Shown here piece after piece: positions 16,669 through 26,700 of a stretch of DNA of 27,251 nt. Made by a program: the position numbers and the translations under genes. The first letter of the stretch is position 1, and the number at the start of each line of letters is the position of its first letter. The stretch comes from Candidatus Velthaea sp. (GTDB taxonomy: Bacteria > Vulcanimicrobiota > Vulcanimicrobiia > Vulcanimicrobiales > Vulcanimicrobiaceae). The notes under the pieces are model-generated. The model searched no databases and was not told the DNA's origin. It was given only the letters and a program-made list of their open reading frames with translations. The stretch is from contig JBEKHC010000069.1 in the NCBI GenBank assembly GCA_050012475.1, positions 1 through 27,251 of the forward strand, read 5' to 3'.

Positions 16669-17073
16669 TCAGCGATAGTGCACGGGTACGTCGACTGAGA
16701 ACGATTGACCGCTGGCGCTGGTCGCGACGAAGTGAAGGGCGATGCGCACAGTGGCAAGTCCACCGACTCGCGGCAAGGTCGCTTCACTGCTGAAGATGCC
16801 GGGTCCGGTCTTCGTGAGGACGCCGCTTCTGCGGCCATTGCCGGTGACGACTCGAATCACGTCGGGCGTCGTCGTGACCCGAATCGCGATCGGACCGCCC
16901 GCCTGCAGATGATCGGAATTGAGCTCGACTTTGCTGATCCTCGGAGAGCTCCGGGTTTCCGTCGGTGTGAACGCGTACGCGTAGATGGGCGGTGGTGTTG
17001 TTTGAGCCCATGACGCCGTCGGTGCCAACGCGGCGGCGAACGACAAGGCAAGGTGTGCACTCCGGAGCGGCAT
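16669..17073 (-). CDS. Secreted hypothetical beta-rich (Ig-like) protein
   Basis: Signal peptide MPLRSAHLALSFAAALAPTASWA|Q, a Pro/Thr spacer, then beta-strand pattern. GGAGA SD. Alternative start at 17091. Confidence 0.7.
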   Translation of the reverse strand: MPLRSAHLALSFAAALAPTASWAQTTPPPIYAYAFTPTETRSSPRISKVELNSDHLQAGGPIAIRVTTTPDVIRVVTGNGRRSGVLTKTGPGIFSSEATLPRVGGLATVRIALHFVATSASGQSFSVDVPVHYR

Positions 17074-17125
17074 CCGCGATCTCCATTTCATTGCCCCCAG
17101 CCTATCATAGCCGGTCGCCGATAGA

Positions 17126-17629
17126 ATGTGCGCCCGACACGACGTCTTGCGTCGAAGCTCGTGCTCCGCGCCCGATGGCAACAACAACGCCCAACGGCAC
17201 ACTACAAAGTACAACCCGCACTGTTTGGTTTTGCTCACCGGTCAGACCAAGTGGCTGGTTCGTACGAACGGGCTGAATGAAACGAATCACCCGCAAGAGG
17301 TCCTCATCGCTTATTTCGAATATTTTGCAAATAAGAAAACTTCGTTCTTTTTTCAACCTTCGCGCTATACCGTTTACCTGCCGTCCGATCGTGCGCCGGA
17401 GTATTCGTTTACGGCAGAGTACGGCATCAACTATCGATTTACGAAGAACCTGTGGTCACAGATCGAAATTGAGAGTTTGAATCCGAGCGGGAGGGGACCG
17501 AACGGAATCGTGAATCTCACCTGCTCGACGGCGGCATGTAGCAGCATTTTACCGACGATCGGTACGCTCAAAACCGCTGAAATTCATCTGTCTATTGGGA
17601 TTGGTTCGCCGTTTGTCATTCCGATCTGA
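17126..17629 (+). CDS. Hypothetical protein, probably the 5'-truncated C-terminal part of an outer-membrane beta-barrel-like protein
   Basis: Aromatic, alternating strands (AYFEYF, SFFFQP, AEYGINYRF, LWSQIEI, EIHLSIGIG). Lower GC. No signal peptide or SD. Confidence 0.45.
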   Translation: MCARHDVLRRSSCSAPDGNNNAQRHTTKYNPHCLVLLTGQTKWLVRTNGLNETNHPQEVLIAYFEYFANKKTSFFFQPSRYTVYLPSDRAPEYSFTAEYGINYRFTKNLWSQIEIESLNPSGRGPNGIVNLTCSTAACSSILPTIGTLKTAEIHLSIGIGSPFVIPI

Positions 17630-17741
17630 CACCGATCAAACGAGCAAGCATGGGGTTCGCGGTCCTCGGGCCACCGCGTTGTTCATTTTCGAGCACGCAG
17701 CGCCGCAGCCGGTGAAACCGTGCCCGCTGCTCGCGATCTTC

Positions 17742-18306
17742 ATGCCGCGAGCGAACGATCCGGAAAAGATTGCAAGAGTCGTCGCGTTCTCCCTCGATGA
17801 GTACTGCTCCGAAGAACGTTTTGAAGACAACCCGGTGACGGCGAACGGGGCCAATCGCGCCGCGAACCACGACTTGATCGAAGACGCGGGTGATCTTGGC
17901 CGCCTCGCCATCGAACGTGCAGCAGCAGAAGCACGGTATGCACGGTTTGTCAACTCTGGCCAACGACAAAGACCGGACGGCTACGCCGATAAATGGCGCG
18001 CTAACCCCGAGCTCGTGCAGCGCGCTTACCTGCCTGCGTCCGGAAGGTGGGTGGCCGTTCGCAAGGCTGCCCGTTTATATGCTTGCACCGCGCCGGCCTC
18101 GCCTGATCGCAAAAGATATCACGATCGAATGGGGCGAACACCTCGAGTATTCGCGCGATGTCTGCCAGAGCGGAAGTCGGTTCTTCGAAGCTTCGCCAGG
18201 CCAAACGGATCCGCATCCCCGTGCTCAACCCCAAGCCCTTCCTGGCCGCACACAGCTCGCGAAAGCCAAGGAGATTTGCGGTGACGAATCAGAGCCTTCC
18301 GCATAG
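17742..18306 (+). pseudogene. Possible frameshifted gene of unknown family
   Basis: Protein-like sequence switches frame near 18070 (..KWRANPELVQRAYL.. / ..PVYMLAP..KDITIEWGEHLEY..). Family not recognised. Confidence 0.2.
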
Positions 18307-18342
18307 CGCGACGCATGGCTGGGCGACCGATGTGAGGCCGCA

Positions 18343-18534
18343 ATGAGCAACGAGACCGTTTCGTTGAGTGCAGTACTGCTCGCCTTTGGAACTGGTCTTG
18401 CCGTCGGTGTTATCTTTAGCCTGGTGAAGTTGCCGTCGCCGGCGCCGCCGTTCCTCGGTCTCATCGGATTGACGGGGATGTTTATTGGTCAACGCCTTTG
18501 GCCGTTGATTGCATCCCGTTTCTTCCACAGCTAG
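18343..18534 (+). CDS. XapX/DUF1427 small membrane protein
   Basis: LLAFGTGLAVGVIFSLVKLPSPAPPFLGLIGLTGMFIG, with the hallmark P.PAPP between two TM helices. Confidence 0.88.
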   Translation: MSNETVSLSAVLLAFGTGLAVGVIFSLVKLPSPAPPFLGLIGLTGMFIGQRLWPLIASRFFHS

Positions 18535-18592
18535 TGCACCCCCCGTATCGGCTGCACCGGCGTGCACAAGCACGTCGGGAACAGCTGGCTGA

Positions 18593-18967
18593 TCAATAAA
18601 CTTCGCGGATGTCGAAGCGGATGACCTTACCATGTTGCAGAGAGAAGACATGCCCGACCGTTTTGTCTTTGAGCCCGTGCGTTTGATCTTGCAACGGTCT
18701 GCCCTGCAGGTCGCGTACGGACTGACGAACCTGGACGACGATTGATCCATCGGCAGCCCGTTCAAAGCTTACGGGCTCGACATGCGGGCTGACGACGGCC
18801 CACTGACGCGTCCAGTATTCACGGACGCCCTCGCGGCCGTGGACGTGGCCGCCCTCCATGCCATTGGCCCAGGCGACATCATCGGTGAGTGCACCGAGGA
18901 CACCCTCGATGTCGCGTGCGTTAAAACGGGCATACATGGAGCGAAGAATTGCGATATCGTCAGCCAT
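18593..18967 (-). CDS. SnoaL-like / NTF2-family protein
   Basis: MYARFNARDIEGVL..LTDDVAWANGMEGGHVHGREGVREYWTRQW. SD GAGGAG places the start at 18967. Confidence 0.9.
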   Translation of the reverse strand: MADDIAILRSMYARFNARDIEGVLGALTDDVAWANGMEGGHVHGREGVREYWTRQWAVVSPHVEPVSFERAADGSIVVQVRQSVRDLQGRPLQDQTHGLKDKTVGHVFSLQHGKVIRFDIREVY

Positions 18968-19046
18968 AGGCTTGCTCCTCATAACGAAAGTGCCGGGGTA
19001 CGATACAGTAGGGGATTACGCGCCTTGCCGTGGAATCGACGGCCAT

Positions 19047-19066
19047 TACATATGCACGTATATAAC
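19047..19066. promoter_or_regulatory. AT-rich imperfect palindrome, candidate MarR operator overlapping a -10-like TATAAC
   Basis: TACATATGCACGTATATAAC between the divergent SnoaL and MarR genes. Confidence 0.4.
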
Positions 19067-19081
19067 ATGGGCGCGCGGAAA

Positions 19082-19540
19082 ATGCTAGAGCGCGATACAG
19101 GCGCGGATGTGCTCTCGACCCCGGGACACCTGATCAGTCTCGCGGCGCGGGGATTCGCGCGCCTGAGCGAGGCTCGCCTCAAGCCCCTGGGCTTCGGGGT
19201 TGGCCATCTGCCGGTTCTGGTTGCTCTCCAAACCGGTCGGGCTGACACGCAACGTGATCTGGCGCGCTTCGCGCAGATTCAGCAGCCGCCCATGGCGCAG
19301 ATGCTCACACGCATGGAGCGGGACGGACTTATCCAACGCACGCCCGACCCTGACGATGGACGCAGCAGTCGTATCGCCCTGACGGAGTTAGCGCTAACGC
19401 GCCTGCCGGCGGCCATTGCGACCTTGTTCCGAGGCAATCGCGATGCGGTTGCTGGGTTTACCGACGAGGAGATCGCGCAACTCGTCGCTCTGCTCGGTCG
19501 ACTAATCACGAACCTCGATCGGCTCACCGGTGCGCCCTAA
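19082..19540 (+). CDS. MarR-family transcriptional regulator
   Basis: TQRDLARFAQIQQPPMAQMLTRMERDGLIQRTPDPDDGRSSRIALT. Start at ATG 19082 or 19067, not 18782. Confidence 0.92.
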   Translation: MLERDTGADVLSTPGHLISLAARGFARLSEARLKPLGFGVGHLPVLVALQTGRADTQRDLARFAQIQQPPMAQMLTRMERDGLIQRTPDPDDGRSSRIALTELALTRLPAAIATLFRGNRDAVAGFTDEEIAQLVALLGRLITNLDRLTGAP

Positions 19541-19611
19541 GACGCGACGTTCGTAGTGGCGACCGGGACGCGCACCGAGCGAGTTTAGAGTCCCTCTTTT
19601 TGGGGTCGCGA

Positions 19612-21993
19612 TTAGCGAACGGCGATGACGAAGTTCCGCCCTTCCCAACGGTTTGCGTCGATCCAGAAGAACGTGAACTCGACGATCATCCCAGACGTCG
19701 TCGCCAGCTCGGTCAAATCGACGAAGTCGATGTTGAGCGGGTTGGCTTGCGACACCGAATCGTGCGCCGACGCCCAACCATCCGAAGTCCACCGCAGTCG
19801 AAAGCGTCCCTCGCAGATGACGCGCAGCATTTCGCCGGGACGCATGAAGCGCACGCGACGATTGAACTTCCAGACTTCCATCTTCTTCTTCGGGCCGGCA
19901 CCGGACAGATAGCGTTGGGCAACCTCAGGAACCCGGTCGAAGACGTTTCGATCCGCAGCCGAGCGCAACAGCTTCACATACTCCGCGTGCGCCCACGCGA
20001 GCGGCATGGCCGAGCCGGTAGGTTCGCCGAGGCGCATATACGCCTTGGGAATATCGGCTTCGTCCCAAACCTGCTCGCAGAGAAGGCAGGCCGTCGACGC
20101 CAGCCCTTCCATCGTCCGGAGGTACGCCTCCGGACTGCGGCCGGCGGCCACCTCGTAGTGACCGCGCTCGCCGGTGAGCAACGGCCACACCCGGCCGACG
20201 CCGTAGGAGGTGAACGGCCCGCCGTCGCGTTGCTGACCGTAGCCGTCGTGATTGTAGCGGTGCCATACCGGTCCGGCAGGCGTCTCGACTTTCAGCACCG
20301 CGTCGATGACCTTCAGCGTGTTGAGGACGACAGGATCGTCCGGTGCGCGGATACCGTGGCGGACAAGCTCGAGGAAACCGCCGTCGACCACGTCGCGCGC
20401 AGGAAACGCATCCGCCTCACCCGGAGCGCGATTCGCTATGCGCAGAAAGCGCGATTCCTTATCCTCGGCGGGACGCTCGTCGCCAACGCGCTCCGGAAGG
20501 ATGCGCATGTAGTAGGGGCCCTCGCCGAGCGTGCCGGTGGTTGTGACCGTCCACTCCTCGATGTGGCCTTCCAAGTAGTCGGCTTGATCCTGGATGAAGC
20601 CGGCCGTAGCCGAATCGCCCCGATCGCGGCAGAACGCCGCAGCGCACGTCAACGCGACGATGTTCGCCGCGAGCGTGGACGGTGAATACCCCGAGGCCTC
20701 TTCCCAGCGCTCCTCTTGCGTGACCGGACCGTTGCGGATGAGAAACCCGACGCTTCGGCGGACCATCTCGAACGGGTCGAAGCCGGCGAGCGCGCCCAAG
20801 CGGTGCAGTCGAAATGCGAGCATGACCGGGAAGGCGACCTCGTCGAGTTGCGTCCCGTTCCAGTACGCGTCGCCGTTCACCCAAAAGTTCTGCGCGAATC
20901 CGCCGTCATCGTGCTGCGACACGGCGAGAAAGATGAGGGCGCGAAGTGCCGTGTGCACGTCGCCGGCGGCGACGAGCGCCAACACGCTGCTCACCATGTC
21001 TCGCGTCCAGACGAGATGATATCCGCCGGTGTCGTCGTCGCCCTTGACTTCTCCCCACGGGACGGTGAGCGATGCGATCAGCGCCCCCGGGTAAGCCTTG
21101 TCCTCGTGGGCCAACAGGATACCGCAGCTGCCTCGGTAGAGGTTGCCGCCGTCGTACGAATGCGACCCCAGCTCCACAATGCCGGCCGATGTCTTTCCCC
21201 ATTGCGCCTTGTAGGTCGCGAGCTGATCGGCGAATGGCAGAGACAACGACTGCACCAGCGTCGCGATCGCATTATGTTCGGTGAGGCCGAAGGCGACTCC
21301 GAGCGTGAACTCCTTGGTTGTGCTGAGGTCGACTTCGCCGGTCAGCGCGACATTGCCGTCGCTCGCCGTGTCGAACTCCCAGTCCATCTCGAAGTTGTCC
21401 TCAAGGTCGGTCCAACCATCGCTTGTGCCGACGAAACCGCAGGATGTTCGCGCGAACGGAACGGTGGCTCCCATGGCCATCCATGTCTGTCCTTTTCTCG
21501 CCATCAGCACCCGTCTGCCGTTGACGACTTTGACGTACCCGGTGTTGCCGTAGCCGCCAATCTCCAGATGCGGCGCGCAAAGCGCGTACACGCGCAACGC
21601 ATCGAGGAACGCGGCGTCGGGAGCCGTGATGCGCGTACGCTGCAGCAGGCACGCGAGGTGCGGATCCGCGATGACGTCCTTGACGATCGCGTACCGCTCC
21701 GCAGGGTCGGTGTTCGTGCAGCGGTATCCAAGTGTTTCCTCCGAGATCCGTTCGATGTCGAAGGCGAGGTGCCGTTTCTCTTCGTGAAAGAAGCTCTTGC
21801 CGTCAGTGATTAGGTATTGCACGTCGCGAAGTTGTGGCCGGTCGATCGTCGGGTAGGATACCTCGGTGACGATGCCTTTCCACGTCGTAAACCACAGCCG
21901 GCTAGACGTAGAATACGCCGTCCCGACGCCGGATTTGTTACTGTGCGTCCAGCCGGGCCGCATGCCCGGCCCTCCGAACGCCTCACCTCCCAC
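19612..21993 (-). CDS. Glucan 1,4-alpha-glucosidase / glucoamylase (GH15 with glucodextranase-N domain)
   Basis: KSGVGTA, TEVSYPTID, GYHLVWTRD, QLDEVAFP, ERWEE, RYNHDGYG, PLAWAHAEY. No signal peptide. Confidence 0.95.
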   Translation of the reverse strand: MGGEAFGGPGMRPGWTHSNKSGVGTAYSTSSRLWFTTWKGIVTEVSYPTIDRPQLRDVQYLITDGKSFFHEEKRHLAFDIERISEETLGYRCTNTDPAERYAIVKDVIADPHLACLLQRTRITAPDAAFLDALRVYALCAPHLEIGGYGNTGYVKVVNGRRVLMARKGQTWMAMGATVPFARTSCGFVGTSDGWTDLEDNFEMDWEFDTASDGNVALTGEVDLSTTKEFTLGVAFGLTEHNAIATLVQSLSLPFADQLATYKAQWGKTSAGIVELGSHSYDGGNLYRGSCGILLAHEDKAYPGALIASLTVPWGEVKGDDDTGGYHLVWTRDMVSSVLALVAAGDVHTALRALIFLAVSQHDDGGFAQNFWVNGDAYWNGTQLDEVAFPVMLAFRLHRLGALAGFDPFEMVRRSVGFLIRNGPVTQEERWEEASGYSPSTLAANIVALTCAAAFCRDRGDSATAGFIQDQADYLEGHIEEWTVTTTGTLGEGPYYMRILPERVGDERPAEDKESRFLRIANRAPGEADAFPARDVVDGGFLELVRHGIRAPDDPVVLNTLKVIDAVLKVETPAGPVWHRYNHDGYGQQRDGGPFTSYGVGRVWPLLTGERGHYEVAAGRSPEAYLRTMEGLASTACLLCEQVWDEADIPKAYMRLGEPTGSAMPLAWAHAEYVKLLRSAADRNVFDRVPEVAQRYLSGAGPKKKMEVWKFNRRVRFMRPGEMLRVICEGRFRLRWTSDGWASAHDSVSQANPLNIDFVDLTELATTSGMIVEFTFFWIDANRWEGRNFVIAVR

Positions 21994-22966
21994 GGGCTAC
22001 GTCGAGGAGCGCTTTGCCCCGTAGAGTGCCGGCCCGCAAATCGTGAAACATCGTCGCAGCCTCATCGAAAGCGAATTCTTCGCCGATCCGCACGTCGATG
22101 ACGTTATCGAGGGCCAGCACCGCGACCCGCTCCAGGCCGGAACGCGATGACTCGGGCGCGTCAGCCACCACGAAGTTGACGGCATGCATCCCGCGCGCCG
22201 CGAAGGCGGGAATGTCTGCGGCACCGATCGTGGACGCGACTCGCCCCCCCGCCGACAGCAAGTCGATGTCGCGAGCAAAGTCCGCCTTCCCCGAGACCAG
22301 ATCCAAAATCGCATCGAACCCTTCGGGGTGCGCCTGATGGATTGTTGCGCGCGGGTCTTCGTCCGTCGAGTCGTAGACCTCCGTCGCGCCGAGCGAGCGC
22401 GCATCGTCAGCCCCGGTGCCGCGCACGGTACCGATGACGTGGGCGCCCCGCGAGTGCGCCATTTGGAGCGCGAAACCACCGACAGCACCGGCTGCACCGA
22501 GGATCAGGAGCCGTGTACCGGTCTTGACCAGCAGCGCATCGACGCAGCCGAGCGCGGCTAACGCGGACGTGGGCAGACCGGCCGCCGTGCGCAGGCTCAA
22601 CCCGTCTGGAACGCGCGCGATCGGTTCACCGTATGAATCCGGACGCACGGCGGTCATTTCTGCATACGCCCCACGTTGGGCGGCCGTTCCGAAGATGCGG
22701 TCCCCCGGGCGGAAGTCCTTTTCATCAGCCGGCACAGCGGTAACAACGCCCGCGAAGTCCTGGCCAACGATGACCGGATAACTCGCGGTTGGGCCCAACC
22801 GATCGAGTTTCTTGTAATCGACCGGATTCGCTCCGGCGTACGTCACCCGCACGACGATGCCGTCGGCGACCGTCGGCTCCGGCACGTCGATCATGGCCGG
22901 CGCAGCGCCAGGGCCCGTCAGGGCAAAGGCGCGCATTTCCCGCACCGTTTGGCTGGGATTCCCCAC
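21983..22966 (-). CDS. NADP-dependent MDR oxidoreductase (quinone oxidoreductase-like)
   Basis: MRAFAL, GANPVDYK, GQDFAGVV, GAYAE, GAAGAVG. GTG 22966 follows AAGGA (or ATG 22936). Overlaps the GH15 start by 11 nt. Confidence 0.92.
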   Translation of the reverse strand: MGNPSQTVREMRAFALTGPGAAPAMIDVPEPTVADGIVVRVTYAGANPVDYKKLDRLGPTASYPVIVGQDFAGVVTAVPADEKDFRPGDRIFGTAAQRGAYAEMTAVRPDSYGEPIARVPDGLSLRTAAGLPTSALAALGCVDALLVKTGTRLLILGAAGAVGGFALQMAHSRGAHVIGTVRGTGADDARSLGATEVYDSTDEDPRATIHQAHPEGFDAILDLVSGKADFARDIDLLSAGGRVASTIGAADIPAFAARGMHAVNFVVADAPESSRSGLERVAVLALDNVIDVRIGEEFAFDEAATMFHDLRAGTLRGKALLDVARGR

Positions 22967-23755
22967 ATGGTTGTCCTTTTCGAGCGGGCGCCGCGCGACT
23001 CCGGTCGTTTTCGGCCGGCTTGGCAAGCCGGAGGGTCGATTTTGCCTGGATGCGGGGACGCAGCGCTCGGACGCTGGGGGAAAGACCTACTTGCACGGTC
23101 ATCAGGGCGCAAATGTCTCGTCGTTGTCGCTGCTGCTCATCGTATGGCGGGGGTTCATGCCGTTGCCATGGGCGGCGATCGCAAGACCGCAATTCTGTGC
23201 ATGATTGCAGCGAACAACGGCCTCGACTCATCGGCGTGAATCACTTCTCTCTTTAACAAATTCGCGCATGTGCTGCAGCAATGTTGCAATGTCATCTGGA
23301 TGATTGCGGGTTAAAAGCTTTCTCCAAGGGGATCGCTAGATGTTGAAACGTCTGTTGAACCCATCTGCGCGCGGCTGCCGCTGTTGCCGTACGCTCGAAC
23401 GCAATTGAAACACGCTGAGGGCTCAGGCATGCTGCATGCATTGCCGCACGTTCGGCCGGGGGAACGCGGACTGCTTGATAAGCGTGAGCTTTCGCGCCGA
23501 AGAGTCCAAAGAATCGTCGAGCGGTGACCTTAGTCCTCGGCTGAACTGGGACTTCCGCGCTACCATACATGATGTGATGGCCCCGGTAGTAGCCCGGGTC
23601 GCCTTCAAGTTTAGAATCTTGTTTCTCGTTGGTCGGCGCGCTCTCATGACGCTGTAGCGTAACATTGCTTCAGTATCAACGCGTTCCGATCGGTATTCAT
23701 TTGCTTCGAGAACGCTTCGGCTGTTGCCGATGCGCTTTCGCGAGGGCTTATCGCT

Positions 23756-26700
23756 TTGCGTCCAATTGATCGTGCTCGTCACCTTCTGTTCTTCCGACGG
23801 CTGAGGAGCTGGCTCGTCCGCTTGTGGATCGTTGCGCTGATGAGTGCGAGCGTCGGCGTCGGCGCAAGCACGAACGGAAGCGCGCTGCCGCAAGGGCTGA
23901 TTACCGTGCGTACAACGTACGGTGCCAGCGCGGGAACGCCGCTCGGGATCAACGTCGACGATCTGGCGCAGAGTGCGAGCGCAGTGTTTACCGATGCGAT
24001 GAAGCAAGCGTCGCCGTGGTCGAGCGATCGTGCACTTGCGCTCGATGCAGCGGGCAACGTCACGCAATTGGCGCCCGGACAAGTCGCACGAAGCGTGGTC
24101 TATCCGTTTGCGACTTACCCCTCGGGCGACTACACGCTGCTCTACGACGGCCGCGGGACAATCGACGTGGATCCGCACTCGGGCAGCGTGACCGAGGCAG
24201 CGGCTGGGCGCGCCGTGGTGCGCGTTACGGCGCAGCCGGGCTTTGGAATCCATCTCCGCCTCTTGGCGACCGATGCCCGCGACTACGTTCGCAACGTCCG
24301 CTTGATTCTGCCGGGTTACGCTGCGGTGTACCAGAGCGTGCCGTTTACGTCGGCTTTTCTCGCGCGGGTCGCGGCGTTCAACGTCGTTCGATTCGTTCAT
24401 TGGTCGCACGCTGATACATCAATGGTACCGCTGACGTGGCCGATGCGTCCGAGCGTTAACGCTTTTACCCAGGCGGGCGCGAGCGGCGTGGCTTGGGATT
24501 ATCAGATCGCGCTGGCGAACGCGACTGGCGACGATCCCTGGTTCGTGATCCCGGCCGGCGCGACAAATCTTTACGTGACGCAGTTGGCGGCGCTGGTGCA
24601 CGCCCGGCTGGATACGCGTCTGCATCCGATGTTCGAGTACGCCCAAGGATCCTGGCAGCCCGGGACCGCGCCGAACCGCTACGCGGTCACGGCCGGGCGC
24701 GCATTCGGATTGGCAACCGATCCGCAGGCGGCTGCAGTAGCCTGGTACGCGACGCGTTCGGCGCAGGTGTTTGCGCTCGTACAACAGGCCTTCGGCGCCG
24801 ATGCCGGACGCGTGGTGCGCGTGGTGGGCGGCGCGGTGAAGCTGTCACGCTCACCGGCCGAAACCATCGATCGAACGATTTTAGCGAGAACCGCCGCCCT
24901 GCACGGGGCCGACGCGTTCGCCGTCGATGCAAGCGACGCATCGCCCGCGGCAATCGCGTACACGCGCTCGCTGCTCTCGGGCACGCGCCTGCAGCTCATC
25001 GCGTCAGGCGGTGCGGTGACATTCACGAGCGCGCAAGGCGTTGTCGCGGCGACGCGCGCGGAACTCGGCGCTTGGCGCAGCGCGGGCGGCGGCCTGTTTG
25101 TTGCCAGTTCGGTGACCGGGTCGTTGAGCGCGACCGGTTGGCTGAGCCGCTTGTCCACGGCGTTTGAGACGCAACTCGAAGCGCTGCGCACCGGCGCCCT
25201 GAGCGCGTTCGCGCAGCAGTACCCGGCCGCGCACGTCGCTCCGCAGCCGCCGGCCGTGCAAAGCGTGCTGGTTCCAATGGCGCTCTCAAAGGCTTCGGTG
25301 GCAGGCACGCGGCGCTCGACTGCGCGGGCCTCCATCGCCGCGGCAGCCACCGACGTGCTGGCGATCAACGCGGGTGGTCCGGCCACGGGCAATTTTGCAG
25401 CAGACGAAGACTACAGTACGAAAAATACGTGGACCTACACGACGACGACGTCGGTTTCGACGAGCGGCGTGACGAATGCGGCGCCGGCCGCGGTTTACCA
25501 ATCACAGCGCACGGGTTCGATCACCTATACGCTGCCCGGTCTGACCGCGAGCAAGACCTACAGTGTGGTGTTGCACTTCGCCGAAATTTATTTCAAGGCG
25601 GCCGGCGCGCGCGTGTTCAACGTGAGCATGAACGGCACGCCGGTGCTGACCAACTTCGACGTGTACAAGACCGCCGGCAGCGCGTTCAAGGCGGTCGTCG
25701 AAACGTTCAGCGCCACGGCCAATGCTTCGGGCCAAATTGCGCTCGTCTTTACGGCGGTGACGGATAATCCCATCGTCAACGGAATCGAAGTGCAAACCTC
25801 GGGCAGCGGCCCGAGCCCGACACCCACGCCCACAACCGGGCCGACGCCAACGCCCACGATAAAACCAACGACGGCGCCGACGGCAACACCCACGACGACG
25901 CCGACGGCAGTCCCCACGGGGTCCGATGTGCTGGCGATCGACGCCGGCGGTCCCGCTGTGGGAACGTTTGCCGCCGACACGGACTATAGCGCGAACGGCA
26001 GCTGGACCTATACGACATCGACTGCCGTTTCGACGAGCGGCGTGACCAATGCGGCGCCGGCGGCGGTCTATCAAACCCAACGCACCGGTTCATTCACGTA
26101 TACGCTGCCCAATCTGACGGCCGGCAAGACCTACAACGTCCTGCTGCACTTCGCCGAACTCTACTTCAAAGCGACCGCCGCGCGGGTGTTCAACGTGAGC
26201 ATCAACGGTACGCCGGTGCTGACGAACTTCGACGTCTACCAGACGGCTGGAAGCGAATTCAAGGCAGTGGTCGAGACGTTCAGCGCCACCGCCAACGGCT
26301 CGGGCCAAATCGCGATCGTCTTTGCGCCCGTTACGAACAATCCGATCGTCAACGGAATCGAAGTGCGCACCTCGGGCAGCGGCCCGACGCCCACTCCGTC
26401 GCCAACGGGGTCGCCGACGACGCCCGATCAGCGAGCCGCCGCGATCGTCAATCAACTCACCGTGACTGAAGCGCTCTCGCTCGTCGAAGGCGACTACGGC
26501 TTTCCCACGACCACCGTTCCCAAGCCGGCCGGCGCGCTCGGTTCGGCGGGCTACGTTCCCGGCGTTCCGCGCTTAGCCGTGCCGGCGCTGCAGGAATCGG
26601 ATGCCGGCCTCGGCGTTACCGATCACACCAACACGATAACGGGTTTGCCGATTCGCGGGACGGGCGGATATTCGACGGCCTTGCCTTCCGGACTGGCGAC

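Noticed and set aside
23292..23570. 92-aa minus-strand ORF upstream of the large CAZyme
   Set aside because: No SD or recognisable domain. It cannot be distinguished from intergenic sequence.
25801..25925. CCGACG/CCCACG short tandem repeats as a DNA-level element
   Set aside because: Fully explained by the Pro/Thr interdomain linker.
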